From: Thermodesulfovibrionales bacterium | Lineage (GTDB): Bacteria; Nitrospirota; Thermodesulfovibrionia; Thermodesulfovibrionales; UBA9159 | Assembly (NCBI GenBank): GCA_919901585.1 | Contig: CAKKPH010000052.1 | Coordinates: 1-39,414, forward strand | Reading direction: 5' to 3' | DNA: 39,414 bases | Part shown: positions 27,992-36,970 of the stretch, one piece after another | Position numbering within the stretch: the first letter of the stretch is position 1 | Layout: each line of letters opens with the position of its first letter | Translations under genes and position numbers: made by a program | Notes under the pieces: model-generated | Databases searched by the model: none | What the model saw: the letters and a program-made list of their open reading frames with translations, nothing else | What the model was told of the DNA's origin: nothing

Positions 27992-28822
27992 TCATCTGTT
28001 GGACTTGCTGCCTTCGAGCGCATCACGCATTACGCTTATCGGAGGCTTTATCCCTGTCCATATCTTGAAGGCGAGCGCGCCCTGATGAAGGAGCATTCCT
28101 GAACCGTCGAGTGTTATGCATCCCTTGTCTGAGGCCATCCTCAAAAGTGTTGTTTTTTTGTATATAAGGTCGCATACAGCCGTCTTGGCAGTAATAAGAG
28201 AGATGTCAACAGGCATTAGGTCTGTCTCCTTAAGCCCAAGAGGCGTTGCGTTTATTAAGATGTCTATACCGTGCAGACTATCAGGCTTATCCATGACTGC
28301 GACATTTGGATGGACAGTGTTCAGGTCTGCTGCGAGTTTGCCGGCCTTTGTTTTGTCAATATCATAGATAAGTACTTGTGAGGCTTTTTTAGCGAGGTAA
28401 AATGAGGCCGCCCTTGAGGCGCCGCCGGCTCCGATTATCATAACCCTCTTCCCTTCAGGGTCTATGGCAGCTTCCTTGAGTGACTCCATGAATCCCCTGC
28501 CGTCAGTATTGTAGCCGATGAGGGTCCCGTCAGAGTTCTTTATGGTATTCACAGCGCCTATGAACAGGGCTTCTTCATCAACCCTGTCGAGAAAGGGTAT
28601 CACATTCTCCTTGTGGGGTATCGTGACATTGACGCCGGAAAGGCTGAGTGCCCTTATAGCATGGACAGCTTCACGCAGCAGCTCCGGCCTCACATTGAAA
28701 GTAACATAGCAGTAGTCGAGATTGAGATGGCTGAATGCAGCGTTGTGCATCGCAGGCGAGAGACTGTGCCCTACGGGATACCCGAAGAGGCCTGTGACCT
28801 TTGTCCTGCCGCTGATGGTCAA
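27992..28822 (-). CDS. aroE: Shikimate dehydrogenase
   Basis: 276 aa with G.PV.HS.SP.MHN at the N-terminus, N.T.P.K, and the NADP-binding site IGAGGASRA. Confidence 0.92.
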   Translation of the reverse strand: MTISGRTKVTGLFGYPVGHSLSPAMHNAAFSHLNLDYCYVTFNVRPELLREAVHAIRALSLSGVNVTIPHKENVIPFLDRVDEEALFIGAVNTIKNSDGTLIGYNTDGRGFMESLKEAAIDPEGKRVMIIGAGGASRAASFYLAKKASQVLIYDIDKTKAGKLAADLNTVHPNVAVMDKPDSLHGIDILINATPLGLKETDLMPVDISLITAKTAVCDLIYKKTTLLRMASDKGCITLDGSGMLLHQGALAFKIWTGIKPPISVMRDALEGSKSNR

Positions 28823-30192
28823 GCAGTTGCCCCTATGCCCTTCATAAGCCCTGCAGGTGTGGAGTCGACTACCCTAATTTCGACATTCAGGGCATCAGAG
28901 ATGTCCTTTACAGAGATGTCATCGAGGAGTATATGTTCTCCTGTCCTGAGGATTATATCAGGCATTAAGATTACAGGCCTGACCGGGTCATCGGGTTTTT
29001 TTGAAGGGAGGATGCCGGTGTTCTCTATTTTTTCAGAAAACGTGCTTATGATATCCCTGCCGGTCAGGAGTCCTGTAACAGTTACCGATTTTCCAAAAAA
29101 ATTATTTTCTACAGGTACTGCTGTTAGATTGACGTTCTCTCTCTCCTTCAGTTTGTCGGTGAATTTTTTGAGATACGGATAAAACGATAAACCTGTAAAG
29201 GTTATGAACGGCCTTGATTGAGGAACTGTTTTTGTTTGGGCTCCTGCCTTTTCACGCATTTTTCTTGTAAGTATTGACTTGGACTGGGACAAAAAAAGAG
29301 GGACCATACCGACGCCGTTTTCTATCTGCGGCAGCTCGCCGTATTCCCGCACGGGCGGAAACTCGATGCCTGCCTTTATGAACAGTTCATCAGCCCCGTA
29401 TACCATCGGGTCGCCATGTTTTTTCCTGAACCTCTTCTGAAACGAGTTTACTATCTCAATAGCCTTTAAGGCATCCTCTTTTAGTAAAGGCCTGAGCCTC
29501 GGGTCTGTTTTCCTGTGCGCTGTGAGCCCGACAGGCACAACAGCTATTGAGAGTATATATGGATAAAATTTGTACAGGTCCCTTATTGTCCTTTCGAGTT
29601 CCTTGTTGTCATTTATGCCGGGGCAGAGCACGATCTGGCAATGCATCCTGATCTTATGTGTCTTGAAGAAATTTAGCTCTTTGATTATGTCAACAGCCTT
29701 TGAATTGCCGAGTATCATTTTGCGTACGGCATTGTTTGTCGAATGGACTGATATATAGATAGGGCTGAGCCTCTGCTCCACTATCCTCTTCTTATCCTGA
29801 GGAGAGAGGTTAGTCAGGGTCACATAGTTACCGTAAAGGAACGACATCCTGTAGTCTTCGTCTTTTATATATAATGTCCTCCTCAACCCCTTCGGCAACT
29901 GGCCGACAAAACAGAATATGCATTTGTTGGTGCAGGTCTTTATCTTGAAGGGCTTTAGCGCTATGCCTGTGTCCTTGCCTTCTTCAGTCTGAAGCCTGAA
30001 GGACAATCTCTTGTCCTTCCTTCTGACAAGCATATCGAGAAACCCGTCACCGGCGAAAAACATGAAGTCTATAGTGTCATTCACCTTATGACCGTTTATC
30101 GATAATATGACATCGCCGGGGGCTATCCCTGATGCGTCTGCCTGACTGCCGGGGCGTATCTCTTCTATCTCAGCGCCGGTATTCTTATCCAC
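28819..30192 (-). CDS. PDZ domain + radical SAM protein of the DUF512 type, function unknown
   Basis: 457 aa: an N-terminal PDZ-like segment (GSQADASGIAPGDVILSINGHKV) followed by CTNKCIFC (CxxxCxxC). It overlaps pgsA by 8 nt and aroE by 4 nt. Confidence 0.8.
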   Translation of the reverse strand: MDKNTGAEIEEIRPGSQADASGIAPGDVILSINGHKVNDTIDFMFFAGDGFLDMLVRRKDKRLSFRLQTEEGKDTGIALKPFKIKTCTNKCIFCFVGQLPKGLRRTLYIKDEDYRMSFLYGNYVTLTNLSPQDKKRIVEQRLSPIYISVHSTNNAVRKMILGNSKAVDIIKELNFFKTHKIRMHCQIVLCPGINDNKELERTIRDLYKFYPYILSIAVVPVGLTAHRKTDPRLRPLLKEDALKAIEIVNSFQKRFRKKHGDPMVYGADELFIKAGIEFPPVREYGELPQIENGVGMVPLFLSQSKSILTRKMREKAGAQTKTVPQSRPFITFTGLSFYPYLKKFTDKLKERENVNLTAVPVENNFFGKSVTVTGLLTGRDIISTFSEKIENTGILPSKKPDDPVRPVILMPDIILRTGEHILLDDISVKDISDALNVEIRVVDSTPAGLMKGIGATA

Positions 30193-30721
30193 CTGTCTGT
30201 TTTAACCCCCTGTAGATATAATGCAGACCAGAGACTACCGTAAATATTGAAGTAAGCCATATCAGGTATATATGCAAATAGGGCAATGAAGGAGCATTTA
30301 TATGGAGAAGTATATAGCAAATAAGTACAAGTTGCAATGTTACGGCTATCTTGCCGAGCATTGTAGGCTCGACACGCGAGGTATGTGCGGTGAGATAGAT
30401 CAGCACCCATCCTGTTGTGACGATTATGTCCCTGCTGATGATTGTGATAGTGACCCATGTCGGGATTAATCCGTAAATAGAGAAAAGTATAAAGGAGGTA
30501 ACGAGGAGGAACTTGTCTGCAAGAGGGTCGAGGAATGTGCCGAGGGCTGTCTTCTGGCTCTTTATCCGCGCAATCAGGCCGTCAAAGATGTCTGTGAGCG
30601 CTGCTACGGCAAAGAGGTATAGGGCATAATCGTACCTGTTGTAAATTATCGACGAAACGAATACCGGGATGATGAGTATCCTTGTGATTGTGAGCATGTT
30701 CGGCAGATTCAGGACTTTCAA
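30185..30721 (-). CDS. pgsA: CDP-alcohol phosphatidyltransferase (phosphatidylglycerophosphate synthase-like)
   Basis: 178 aa with the motif DIFDGLIARIKSQKTALGTFLDPLADK (D-G-x2-A-R-x8-G-x3-D-x3-D). TTG start with an AAGGAG SD 7 nt upstream. Confidence 0.85.
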   Translation of the reverse strand: MKVLNLPNMLTITRILIIPVFVSSIIYNRYDYALYLFAVAALTDIFDGLIARIKSQKTALGTFLDPLADKFLLVTSFILFSIYGLIPTWVTITIISRDIIVTTGWVLIYLTAHTSRVEPTMLGKIAVTLQLVLICYILLHINAPSLPYLHIYLIWLTSIFTVVSGLHYIYRGLKQTGG

Positions 30722-30731
30722 ATCAAGCTCC

Positions 30732-31823
30732 TTAAGGTATATTAAAAGGTATTGCGTTGAACCTGAGATCTGACCCGAGCCTTTTATAACATCCGGATGA
30801 ATTTTTTACTCCGTTTATATAATTGAGCAGACTCTCTGAATGACATTGCTCTAACATGAACATTTTATCTGCTGAGAGCCTGAGGGCTTCTGTGGCAGCC
30901 CTTTTTGCTGCCTTTTTTTCGCCTCTTAAAAACATTAGCTCACCCGTTGCGAGTTTGAAATATATGCTGCCCCTGACATCTTCTGTCTTTGCGAACAGTG
31001 CCGCAGCCCTGCTCAGATATTTTTCCGCAGTCTTAAGCCTGCTGTTCATCATATGCAGCATCCCAAGACTCCAGACAGTGTAGGAATAGCTGACTATATC
31101 GCCGATGGATTTGTAAATCTGCTCGGCCTTGTTCAGGTGCTTTAAGGCGTTTCCATAGTCTCCCTTTATCCTAAAGGCATTTCCTATGCCGCAGTGCGAA
31201 TAGGCTGTCCCGAACCGGTCTTTTAATCTCCTGAATATTGCGTTCGCTTCCGTGTAGTATTTCATTGAAGCCTCCCATCCGGCGGCAATCCTCGAGGCTC
31301 CTCCGAGGCCGCAGAGGCAGTATCCCGAGCCTCTCATCCTTTCACCGGGTGTTCCTAATTCAGAAAAAATCTTTTTAGCATCTCTGAAAGCCCCTATCGC
31401 TTTTTTCAGGTCTCCTTTGACCCTGTATGCACCGCCTGCTGCCCACAAGGCAAATGCTGTTCCCTCTTTGTCCGAGTTTTTAGTGTATATCTTTTGTGCC
31501 TTATTAAATAAGATGAGCGCCTCTTTCCAGAACCCGAGAGCCCTCTTTGAGAGGCCGAGGCCGACGAAAGAGTCAGCGAGCAGGAGGCTGTCCTTCTTTT
31601 TTCTGCAGAGAGCTGCAGCTTCGTCATATGCAGAGCCTGCGGCCTTGAAATCTCCAGTCATCCTGAGGGTGTCGCCAATAGAGAGCAGACACTGGAGTTT
31701 TCCGTCGCTATCGCCCACAAGGGAATATTCAGCGAAAGCCTTTCTATAAAGTTTAAGGGCCTCTCTATACCTTGAGCCTTTCCGCCTCTCTTCAGCGCCA
31801 GCAAAAATGCTATCTGGTGTCAA
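30732..31823 (-). CDS. Tetratricopeptide (TPR) repeat protein
   Basis: 363 aa with recurrent 34-40-aa A/G/Y/L-patterned helical repeats (e.g. GDLKKAIGAFRDAKKIF, GDYGNALKHLNKAEQIY). Confidence 0.8.
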   Translation of the reverse strand: MTPDSIFAGAEERRKGSRYREALKLYRKAFAEYSLVGDSDGKLQCLLSIGDTLRMTGDFKAAGSAYDEAAALCRKKKDSLLLADSFVGLGLSKRALGFWKEALILFNKAQKIYTKNSDKEGTAFALWAAGGAYRVKGDLKKAIGAFRDAKKIFSELGTPGERMRGSGYCLCGLGGASRIAAGWEASMKYYTEANAIFRRLKDRFGTAYSHCGIGNAFRIKGDYGNALKHLNKAEQIYKSIGDIVSYSYTVWSLGMLHMMNSRLKTAEKYLSRAAALFAKTEDVRGSIYFKLATGELMFLRGEKKAAKRAATEALRLSADKMFMLEQCHSESLLNYINGVKNSSGCYKRLGSDLRFNAIPFNIP

Positions 31824-32469
31824 GTAGCTTCCTCATCTCGCCCATCAGGGCCTTGTAGTCTCCGGAACCAAAAAATGCGGCCCCCATAACAAGTATATCC
31901 GCGCCTGCACCGGCTATGTCTCTTGAGTTTTCGGGCCTTACACCGCCGTCAACCGCGATCAGTGTTTTTAAACCTCTTTTAGCGGCATTTTCCTTTATAG
32001 CCTTTATCTTGTCAAGCGAGCCGGATATAAACCCCTGTCCTCCGAATCCCGGATTCACTGACATCACAAGCACGAGGTCGACATCAGGGAGGATGAAGTC
32101 AAGGCTGCAGACAGGTGTTGCAGGGTTCAGAGAGACCCCCGGCTTAACACTATTTTCCCTTATAAGGCTGACAGTCCTGTTAAGGTGTATGGAGGCTTCG
32201 ACATGGACAGTGAGAAAGTCTGCCCCTGCTGCTGCAAAATCTTTTATATACCTGTCGGGTTCCTCGATCATGAGATGTACATCAAGCGGCAGTTTTGTCG
32301 TCTTCCTGACCGCCTCGACAATAAACGGCCCGATCGTTATATTTGGAACAAAATGGCCGTCCATCACATCGATATGCAGCATGTCAGCGCCTGCAGATTC
32401 AGCAGCACGGACCTCTTCGCCTAACCTTGTGAAATCTGACGACAGAAGCGACGGTGCGATCTTTATCAT
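31810..32469 (-). CDS. rpe: Ribulose-phosphate 3-epimerase
   Basis: 219 aa with IAPSLLS.DF..L, H.DVMDGHFVPN and VMSVNPGFGGQ.F. Confidence 0.95.
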   Translation of the reverse strand: MIKIAPSLLSSDFTRLGEEVRAAESAGADMLHIDVMDGHFVPNITIGPFIVEAVRKTTKLPLDVHLMIEEPDRYIKDFAAAGADFLTVHVEASIHLNRTVSLIRENSVKPGVSLNPATPVCSLDFILPDVDLVLVMSVNPGFGGQGFISGSLDKIKAIKENAAKRGLKTLIAVDGGVRPENSRDIAGAGADILVMGAAFFGSGDYKALMGEMRKLLDTR

Positions 32470-32473
32470 TGGT

Positions 32474-33193
32474 CTATTCTCCTTCCATGAACAACTGTAC
32501 GCTGTCCCCTGTCCTTATCAAAGAATTCGGTTTCGGCCTCTGCGATTTTACCCTCTCGCCGGAGCCCTTTAAATCGGCCTTCATGAAAAGCCTGCTTATG
32601 GTTGCGAGGGCATCATCCTTATATGTACCCGAAAAATCAGGGCACTTGTAAATTATATCATACGGCCCTGAACTTACAACGAGTATGAGTCCATAATAAT
32701 GTTTTGACCGGTAGCCATGCCGCAGGGTCTCGATTGAGTCGTCAGACCCCGGGTTCTGGGATATTATTCTGTCACGTTCAACAGTGCCGGAATGTACGCG
32801 GATTATCTTCTGAGCCTTTAACCCGCTCTTCTGAATGACTGATTCTGCCTCCTCAAGGCTGAGGTTTATGAGGTTTGGTATCGAAGATACCTTTGCCCCT
32901 TTGCTTATCACAACCCTGATAACACGCCTTTCCTTCACCTCGCTGCCCGGTGGTATGTCCTGACGCATTATACTGCCAGATGAGACAATAGGGTCAAAGT
33001 CCTCGCCGTCGACCTTTATGCGCAGGCTGTTTGCGCTCACTATGTTAGTCGCCTCAAGAATGGTATTGCCCCTGAGGTCAGGCACAGCAATGGTCCTGCT
33101 GAAGCTGAGCACCTTAAAGGTCAAGTAGGCGGATGCAAGCACCATCATTCCGAAGACAATGGTGTATATGGGTAAAAGGATTACTTTTCTCAA
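32474..33193 (-). CDS. Membrane-anchored PASTA-repeat protein with no kinase or transpeptidase domain
   Basis: 239 aa: an N-terminal TM (ILLPIYTIVFGMMVLASAYLTF) followed by about three PASTA-like units (VPDLRGNTILEATNIV..., IPNLINLSLEEAESVIQKSGL..., CPDFSGTYKDDALATI...). Confidence 0.8.
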   Translation of the reverse strand: MRKVILLPIYTIVFGMMVLASAYLTFKVLSFSRTIAVPDLRGNTILEATNIVSANSLRIKVDGEDFDPIVSSGSIMRQDIPPGSEVKERRVIRVVISKGAKVSSIPNLINLSLEEAESVIQKSGLKAQKIIRVHSGTVERDRIISQNPGSDDSIETLRHGYRSKHYYGLILVVSSGPYDIIYKCPDFSGTYKDDALATISRLFMKADLKGSGERVKSQRPKPNSLIRTGDSVQLFMEGE

Positions 33194-34503
33194 TTTTTCC
33201 TGCCGAGCCTCACTCCAAAGAAGCCGTCCATATCATCTCTGTGAGGGTAAGTCCTGAGGAACCCATTCCTCATAAATTCCCTGACAGGGTGCGGTGATGT
33301 CTCTATGATATAAAAATCCTCTGAATCCTTCAAGAATTCTTTTATGACGTCCTCCCCTTCTTCCGGTTCTGTCGAGCAAACAGAATATACAAGTATGCCG
33401 CCGGACTTCAAAAGGCCTGATACCTTGCGGAGCATGCTGATCTGCCTTGTCTTGAATGCAATAAGGTCTTTTTCATTATGTTTGTATTTAACATCAGGGT
33501 TCCTTCTAATAACTCCGAGGGCAGAGCATGGCGCATCAAGCAGTATCCTGTCGAACCTGTATTCAGGGGTGTAGTCTGCAATATCAGCATGGACAATTTT
33601 TATTGATGACAGGCCAAGGGTTGAGACATTGTTCCTGAGTCTTTTAAGCCTCTCTTCATCTCGGTCAACGGCTGTTATTTCTCCGTTATCGAGCATGAGC
33701 TGGGCGATATGTGTTGTCTTGCCTCCGGGCGCTGCAGACGCATCGAGTATCCTCTCGCCGGGCTGTGGGTCGAGGAGATATGTTATAAGCTGTGACGCCT
33801 CATCCTGAGCTATTACATCACCCTTAAAAGAAGAGAGTTCCTTGTATATGCGGAAACCACTGAGTTTTATGCCGTCAGGAGAATATGTTGTGGGTACTCC
33901 CTGAATGTCTGCCTCATTCAAACGGTTTATCACATGAGGCCTCTTTGTCCTTAAGGTATTAACCCTCAGGGTGAGCGGAGGTATCCTGTTGTTGGCCTCT
34001 GCGAGTTCGACTGCCTCTTTTTCTCCAAAGCGCTCCATATAACGTCTGATGAGCCATTGGGGGTGCGAGGTTACGAGCGATATATATTCCGGCCCCTTGC
34101 CCTCGCTTAATGACGTGAGCCTTGCCCTGATCTGATCAATATTGCGCAGCATATTCCTGAGCACTGCGTTTACAACTGCCGGTTTGCCTTTATCCTTTTC
34201 CATCTCTACAGCCTCATTGACTGCTGCCCATTCAGGCACCCTCATATAAAGTATTTGGTATGCAGATGCCTTGAGATTGTTAATAGTCCTGCTGCTTAGG
34301 GCTGACGGTTTCCTGAGCAGGCTGCTCAGGACCCAGTCTATTGTGATGCTATGCCTCAGCACCCCATAAACTATCTCCATCATGAATGCCCTGTCCCTGT
34401 CATCGAGAGGCATGTCAAGGCCTTCAAAAACATCCTTTGGCCTCTTTCCCTTTTGCAGGATCTGGTGCAGGGCCGAAACAGCGAATTCTCTCGCATTAGG
34501 CAT
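33190..34503 (-). CDS. rsmB: 16S rRNA (cytosine967-C5)-methyltransferase RsmB/Sun
   Basis: 437 aa: a NusB-like N-terminal domain, the SAM site DASAAPGGKT, and catalytic motifs DAPCS and YSVCS. Confidence 0.9.
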   Translation of the reverse strand: MPNAREFAVSALHQILQKGKRPKDVFEGLDMPLDDRDRAFMMEIVYGVLRHSITIDWVLSSLLRKPSALSSRTINNLKASAYQILYMRVPEWAAVNEAVEMEKDKGKPAVVNAVLRNMLRNIDQIRARLTSLSEGKGPEYISLVTSHPQWLIRRYMERFGEKEAVELAEANNRIPPLTLRVNTLRTKRPHVINRLNEADIQGVPTTYSPDGIKLSGFRIYKELSSFKGDVIAQDEASQLITYLLDPQPGERILDASAAPGGKTTHIAQLMLDNGEITAVDRDEERLKRLRNNVSTLGLSSIKIVHADIADYTPEYRFDRILLDAPCSALGVIRRNPDVKYKHNEKDLIAFKTRQISMLRKVSGLLKSGGILVYSVCSTEPEEGEDVIKEFLKDSEDFYIIETSPHPVREFMRNGFLRTYPHRDDMDGFFGVRLGRKN

Positions 34504-34515
34504 CTTATTGTCTTA

Positions 34516-35433
34516 TCAGAGGGGTCTGCCTGCAGTGATCCTCCTGCCCTGAATAAATGCAGCTGCAGGCATCGGTTTCTTGCCTGAGGGCTGGAGCTCT
34601 ATGACCGAAAGGAGATCTTTTCCCGTGCCTATGATCATTCCCTCGCTGCCGGTTTTTGCTATTACGCCGGGCATGCCTCTGCCTTCGGTATGCTCAGTCT
34701 TTATGAGTTTAACCAATTCGCTGTTTATGTAACAATAAGCACCAGGCCATGGCTGCATGCCCCTCACAAAATTAAATATGTCCATGGCGCTCTTTGACCA
34801 GTCTATCATGCCGTCCTTTTTTTTAATGATCGGGGCATAACTTGATTCACCTGCCTGTGGCTGAGGCCTCACAGAGCCGTCCCTTATGCCTTTGATCGTT
34901 TTGATCAGAAGTGATGCGCCGGTCGTGCTCAGCCTCTTGCCGAGGGTTTCAGAGGTATCATCATCTTTAATGACGGTCTCTTGCTGGAGCAGTATGCTCC
35001 CGGTGTCGAGCCCTTCGTCCATCAGCATAGTTGTGACGCCGGTCATCTCGTCGCCGTTAATGATCGACCATTGTATAGGTGCAGCCCCCCTGTATCTGGG
35101 AAGCAGGGATGCGTGTACATTAATGCAGCCCTTAAGAGGGATTGTGAGGACAGAAGGCGGCAAAACCTTCCCGTAGGCAACAACCACTATGAATTCAGGA
35201 CTTAGAGAAGAGATCTCGTCAGCGATGCCTTTGCCCCTGAGGCTCTCCGGCTGTATTATATTGAGGCCTGCCTCGAGTGCGGCGCCCTTTACAGGCGGAT
35301 GAGAAAGCCTGTGGCCCCTGCCGCTTACTCTGTCGGGTTGTGTAACAACGAGACAGACCTCCTCTCCTTCGGCTAATAATGTCTTTAGAGAAGGGACAGC
35401 GAATTCAGGAGTGCCGAAAAATACAATAGACAA
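34516..35433 (-). CDS. fmt: Methionyl-tRNA formyltransferase
   Basis: 305 aa with IVFFGTPEFAVPSL, INVHASLLPRYRGAAPI and the C-terminal OB-like domain. Confidence 0.95.
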   Translation of the reverse strand: MSIVFFGTPEFAVPSLKTLLAEGEEVCLVVTQPDRVSGRGHRLSHPPVKGAALEAGLNIIQPESLRGKGIADEISSLSPEFIVVVAYGKVLPPSVLTIPLKGCINVHASLLPRYRGAAPIQWSIINGDEMTGVTTMLMDEGLDTGSILLQQETVIKDDDTSETLGKRLSTTGASLLIKTIKGIRDGSVRPQPQAGESSYAPIIKKKDGMIDWSKSAMDIFNFVRGMQPWPGAYCYINSELVKLIKTEHTEGRGMPGVIAKTGSEGMIIGTGKDLLSVIELQPSGKKPMPAAAFIQGRRITAGRPL

Positions 35434-35434
35434 G

Positions 35435-35944
35435 TCAGTCCCTCAACAGGGACTTCTGAAACCTCTTTTTGAAGAACTCCCTCTTTATGCTGCTGATTCT
35501 ATCGATTATCAGCATGCCGTTTAAGTGGTCGATCTCGTGCTGCAACGTCCTTGACAGGAGCCCTGTGCCCTCTAACTCGACCGGGTTGCCCTCCCTGTCA
35601 AGCCCCTTGACAAAGACCCTTCCAGCCCTCTTAAGATGCGTAGTATAATCCGGCAGGCTCAGGCATCCCTCCTCACTGTCGATCTCTTCCTCAGAGCTTA
35701 TTATCTCAGGGTTTATCAGGACGATCAAAGGTGTTTTCTCCTCATCCTTAAGGCTTACATCAGCAACTATAAGCCTCTTGGAGACCCCTACCTGAGGGGC
35801 AGCAACACCTATTCCCGGCGCTGAGTACATGGTCTCGATCATATCGTCTATGAGTCTCTGCAGTTCATCGTCGATTTCCTGAACAGGCGAAGCACGTTCC
35901 TTCAGGATCTTTTCAGGGTATTTTTTGATTTCGAGCACTGCCAT
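35435..35944 (-). CDS. def: Peptide deformylase
   Basis: 169 aa containing all three motifs: GIGVAAPQVG, EGCLS and QHEIDHL. Confidence 0.96.
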   Translation of the reverse strand: MAVLEIKKYPEKILKERASPVQEIDDELQRLIDDMIETMYSAPGIGVAAPQVGVSKRLIVADVSLKDEEKTPLIVLINPEIISSEEEIDSEEGCLSLPDYTTHLKRAGRVFVKGLDREGNPVELEGTGLLSRTLQHEIDHLNGMLIIDRISSIKREFFKKRFQKSLLRD

Positions 35945-36026
35945 GAAGTATTATATCATAAATCCTGCATGGTCTTAACAGGTTAGGGGGATGGATTCAG
36001 GCAGAAAAATTGTATCCGGAGGTTGC

Positions 36027-36914
36027 ATGGGTTCGATAAATAATGTGGTGTTAAAGACAGAGATGCCTGATGTCGGTATCCCGAAACGGGGCAAGGTGAG
36101 GGATATCTATGACCTCGGCGACAGCATGCTTCTTATAGCCACTGACAGGATCTCTGCATTTGATGTCGTGCTTCCTAACGGCATACCAGGGAAGGGCAGG
36201 GTCCTGACCCAGATATCAATATACTGGTTCAGGCAGATGGAGGATATAGTTAAGAACCACCTGATAGCAACAGACGTGAACGACTTCCCTGATATCTTGA
36301 TGAAATACAGGGAGATGCTCGAAGGTAGGAGCATGCTTGTAAAAAAGGCGAGGCCTATGCCTGTAGAATGTATTGTGAGGGGTTACCTCACAGGAAGCGG
36401 CTGGAAGGAATATAAGGAAAGGAACACTGTCTGCGGCATCAGGCTCCGGAAGGGTCTTGTCGAATCAGAGAGGCTTGAAGAGCCGATCTTCGCACCTTCA
36501 ACCAAGGCAGAGGAAGGGCATGATATCGATATCTCGTTTGATGAGATGGCCGGGATAATCGGCATGGAGACAGCCGGGCGGCTTAGGGAGCTGAGCCTTA
36601 GGATATACAAGACTGCAAGGGAGATGGCTCTGAATAAAGGGATAATCGTCGCTGATACCAAGTTCGAGTTCGGCCTTTATAACGGAGAGCCTATACTCAT
36701 TGACGAGGTTCTTACCCCGGATTCTTCGAGGTTCTGGTCAGTAAAAGATTATTCTCCTGGCAGGGCGCAGGACAGCTTCGACAAGCAGATCGTGCGCGAT
36801 TATCTCCTTACCCTCGTCTGGGACAAAACCCCTCCGGGCCCTGTCCTCCCTGACGAGATAGTCAGAAAGACAGCAGAGAGATACAGGGAGATAATGGAGA
36901 TATTGACAAGCTGA
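36027..36914 (+). CDS. purC: Phosphoribosylaminoimidazole-succinocarboxamide (SAICAR) synthase
   Basis: Contains RGKVRDIYD...[12 protein letters not shown] and the rest of the long-form PurC pattern. The ORF opens at 35991, but the ATG at 36027 has a GGAGG SD 4 nt upstream and leaves room for the divergent def/purC promoters. Confidence 0.9.
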   Translation: MGSINNVVLKTEMPDVGIPKRGKVRDIYDLGDSMLLIATDRISAFDVVLPNGIPGKGRVLTQISIYWFRQMEDIVKNHLIATDVNDFPDILMKYREMLEGRSMLVKKARPMPVECIVRGYLTGSGWKEYKERNTVCGIRLRKGLVESERLEEPIFAPSTKAEEGHDIDISFDEMAGIIGMETAGRLRELSLRIYKTAREMALNKGIIVADTKFEFGLYNGEPILIDEVLTPDSSRFWSVKDYSPGRAQDSFDKQIVRDYLLTLVWDKTPPGPVLPDEIVRKTAERYREIMEILTS

Positions 36915-36970
36915 ACTCTGACGCTGGCAGTACTAAAGAACCGCCTCGCTTTCTTACATGTCCACAATGA

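Noticed and set aside
28613-29182. 189-aa plus-strand ORF spanning the aroE/DUF512 junction.
   Set aside because: It is antisense to two well-supported genes that overlap each other. It has no SD and no motifs.
31916-32572. 218-aa ORF on the plus strand covering rpe.
   Set aside because: It is antisense to a clear ribulose-phosphate 3-epimerase. The translation is Ser/Thr/Pro-rich shadow sequence with no start context.
36915-36970. Possible fourth attC site between the purC stop and the stop of the secreted-protein gene.
   Set aside because: There are no TAAC/GTTA boxes and no convincing inverted repeat, only a weak GGC..GCC pairing and an AGAAAG motif that may be chance.
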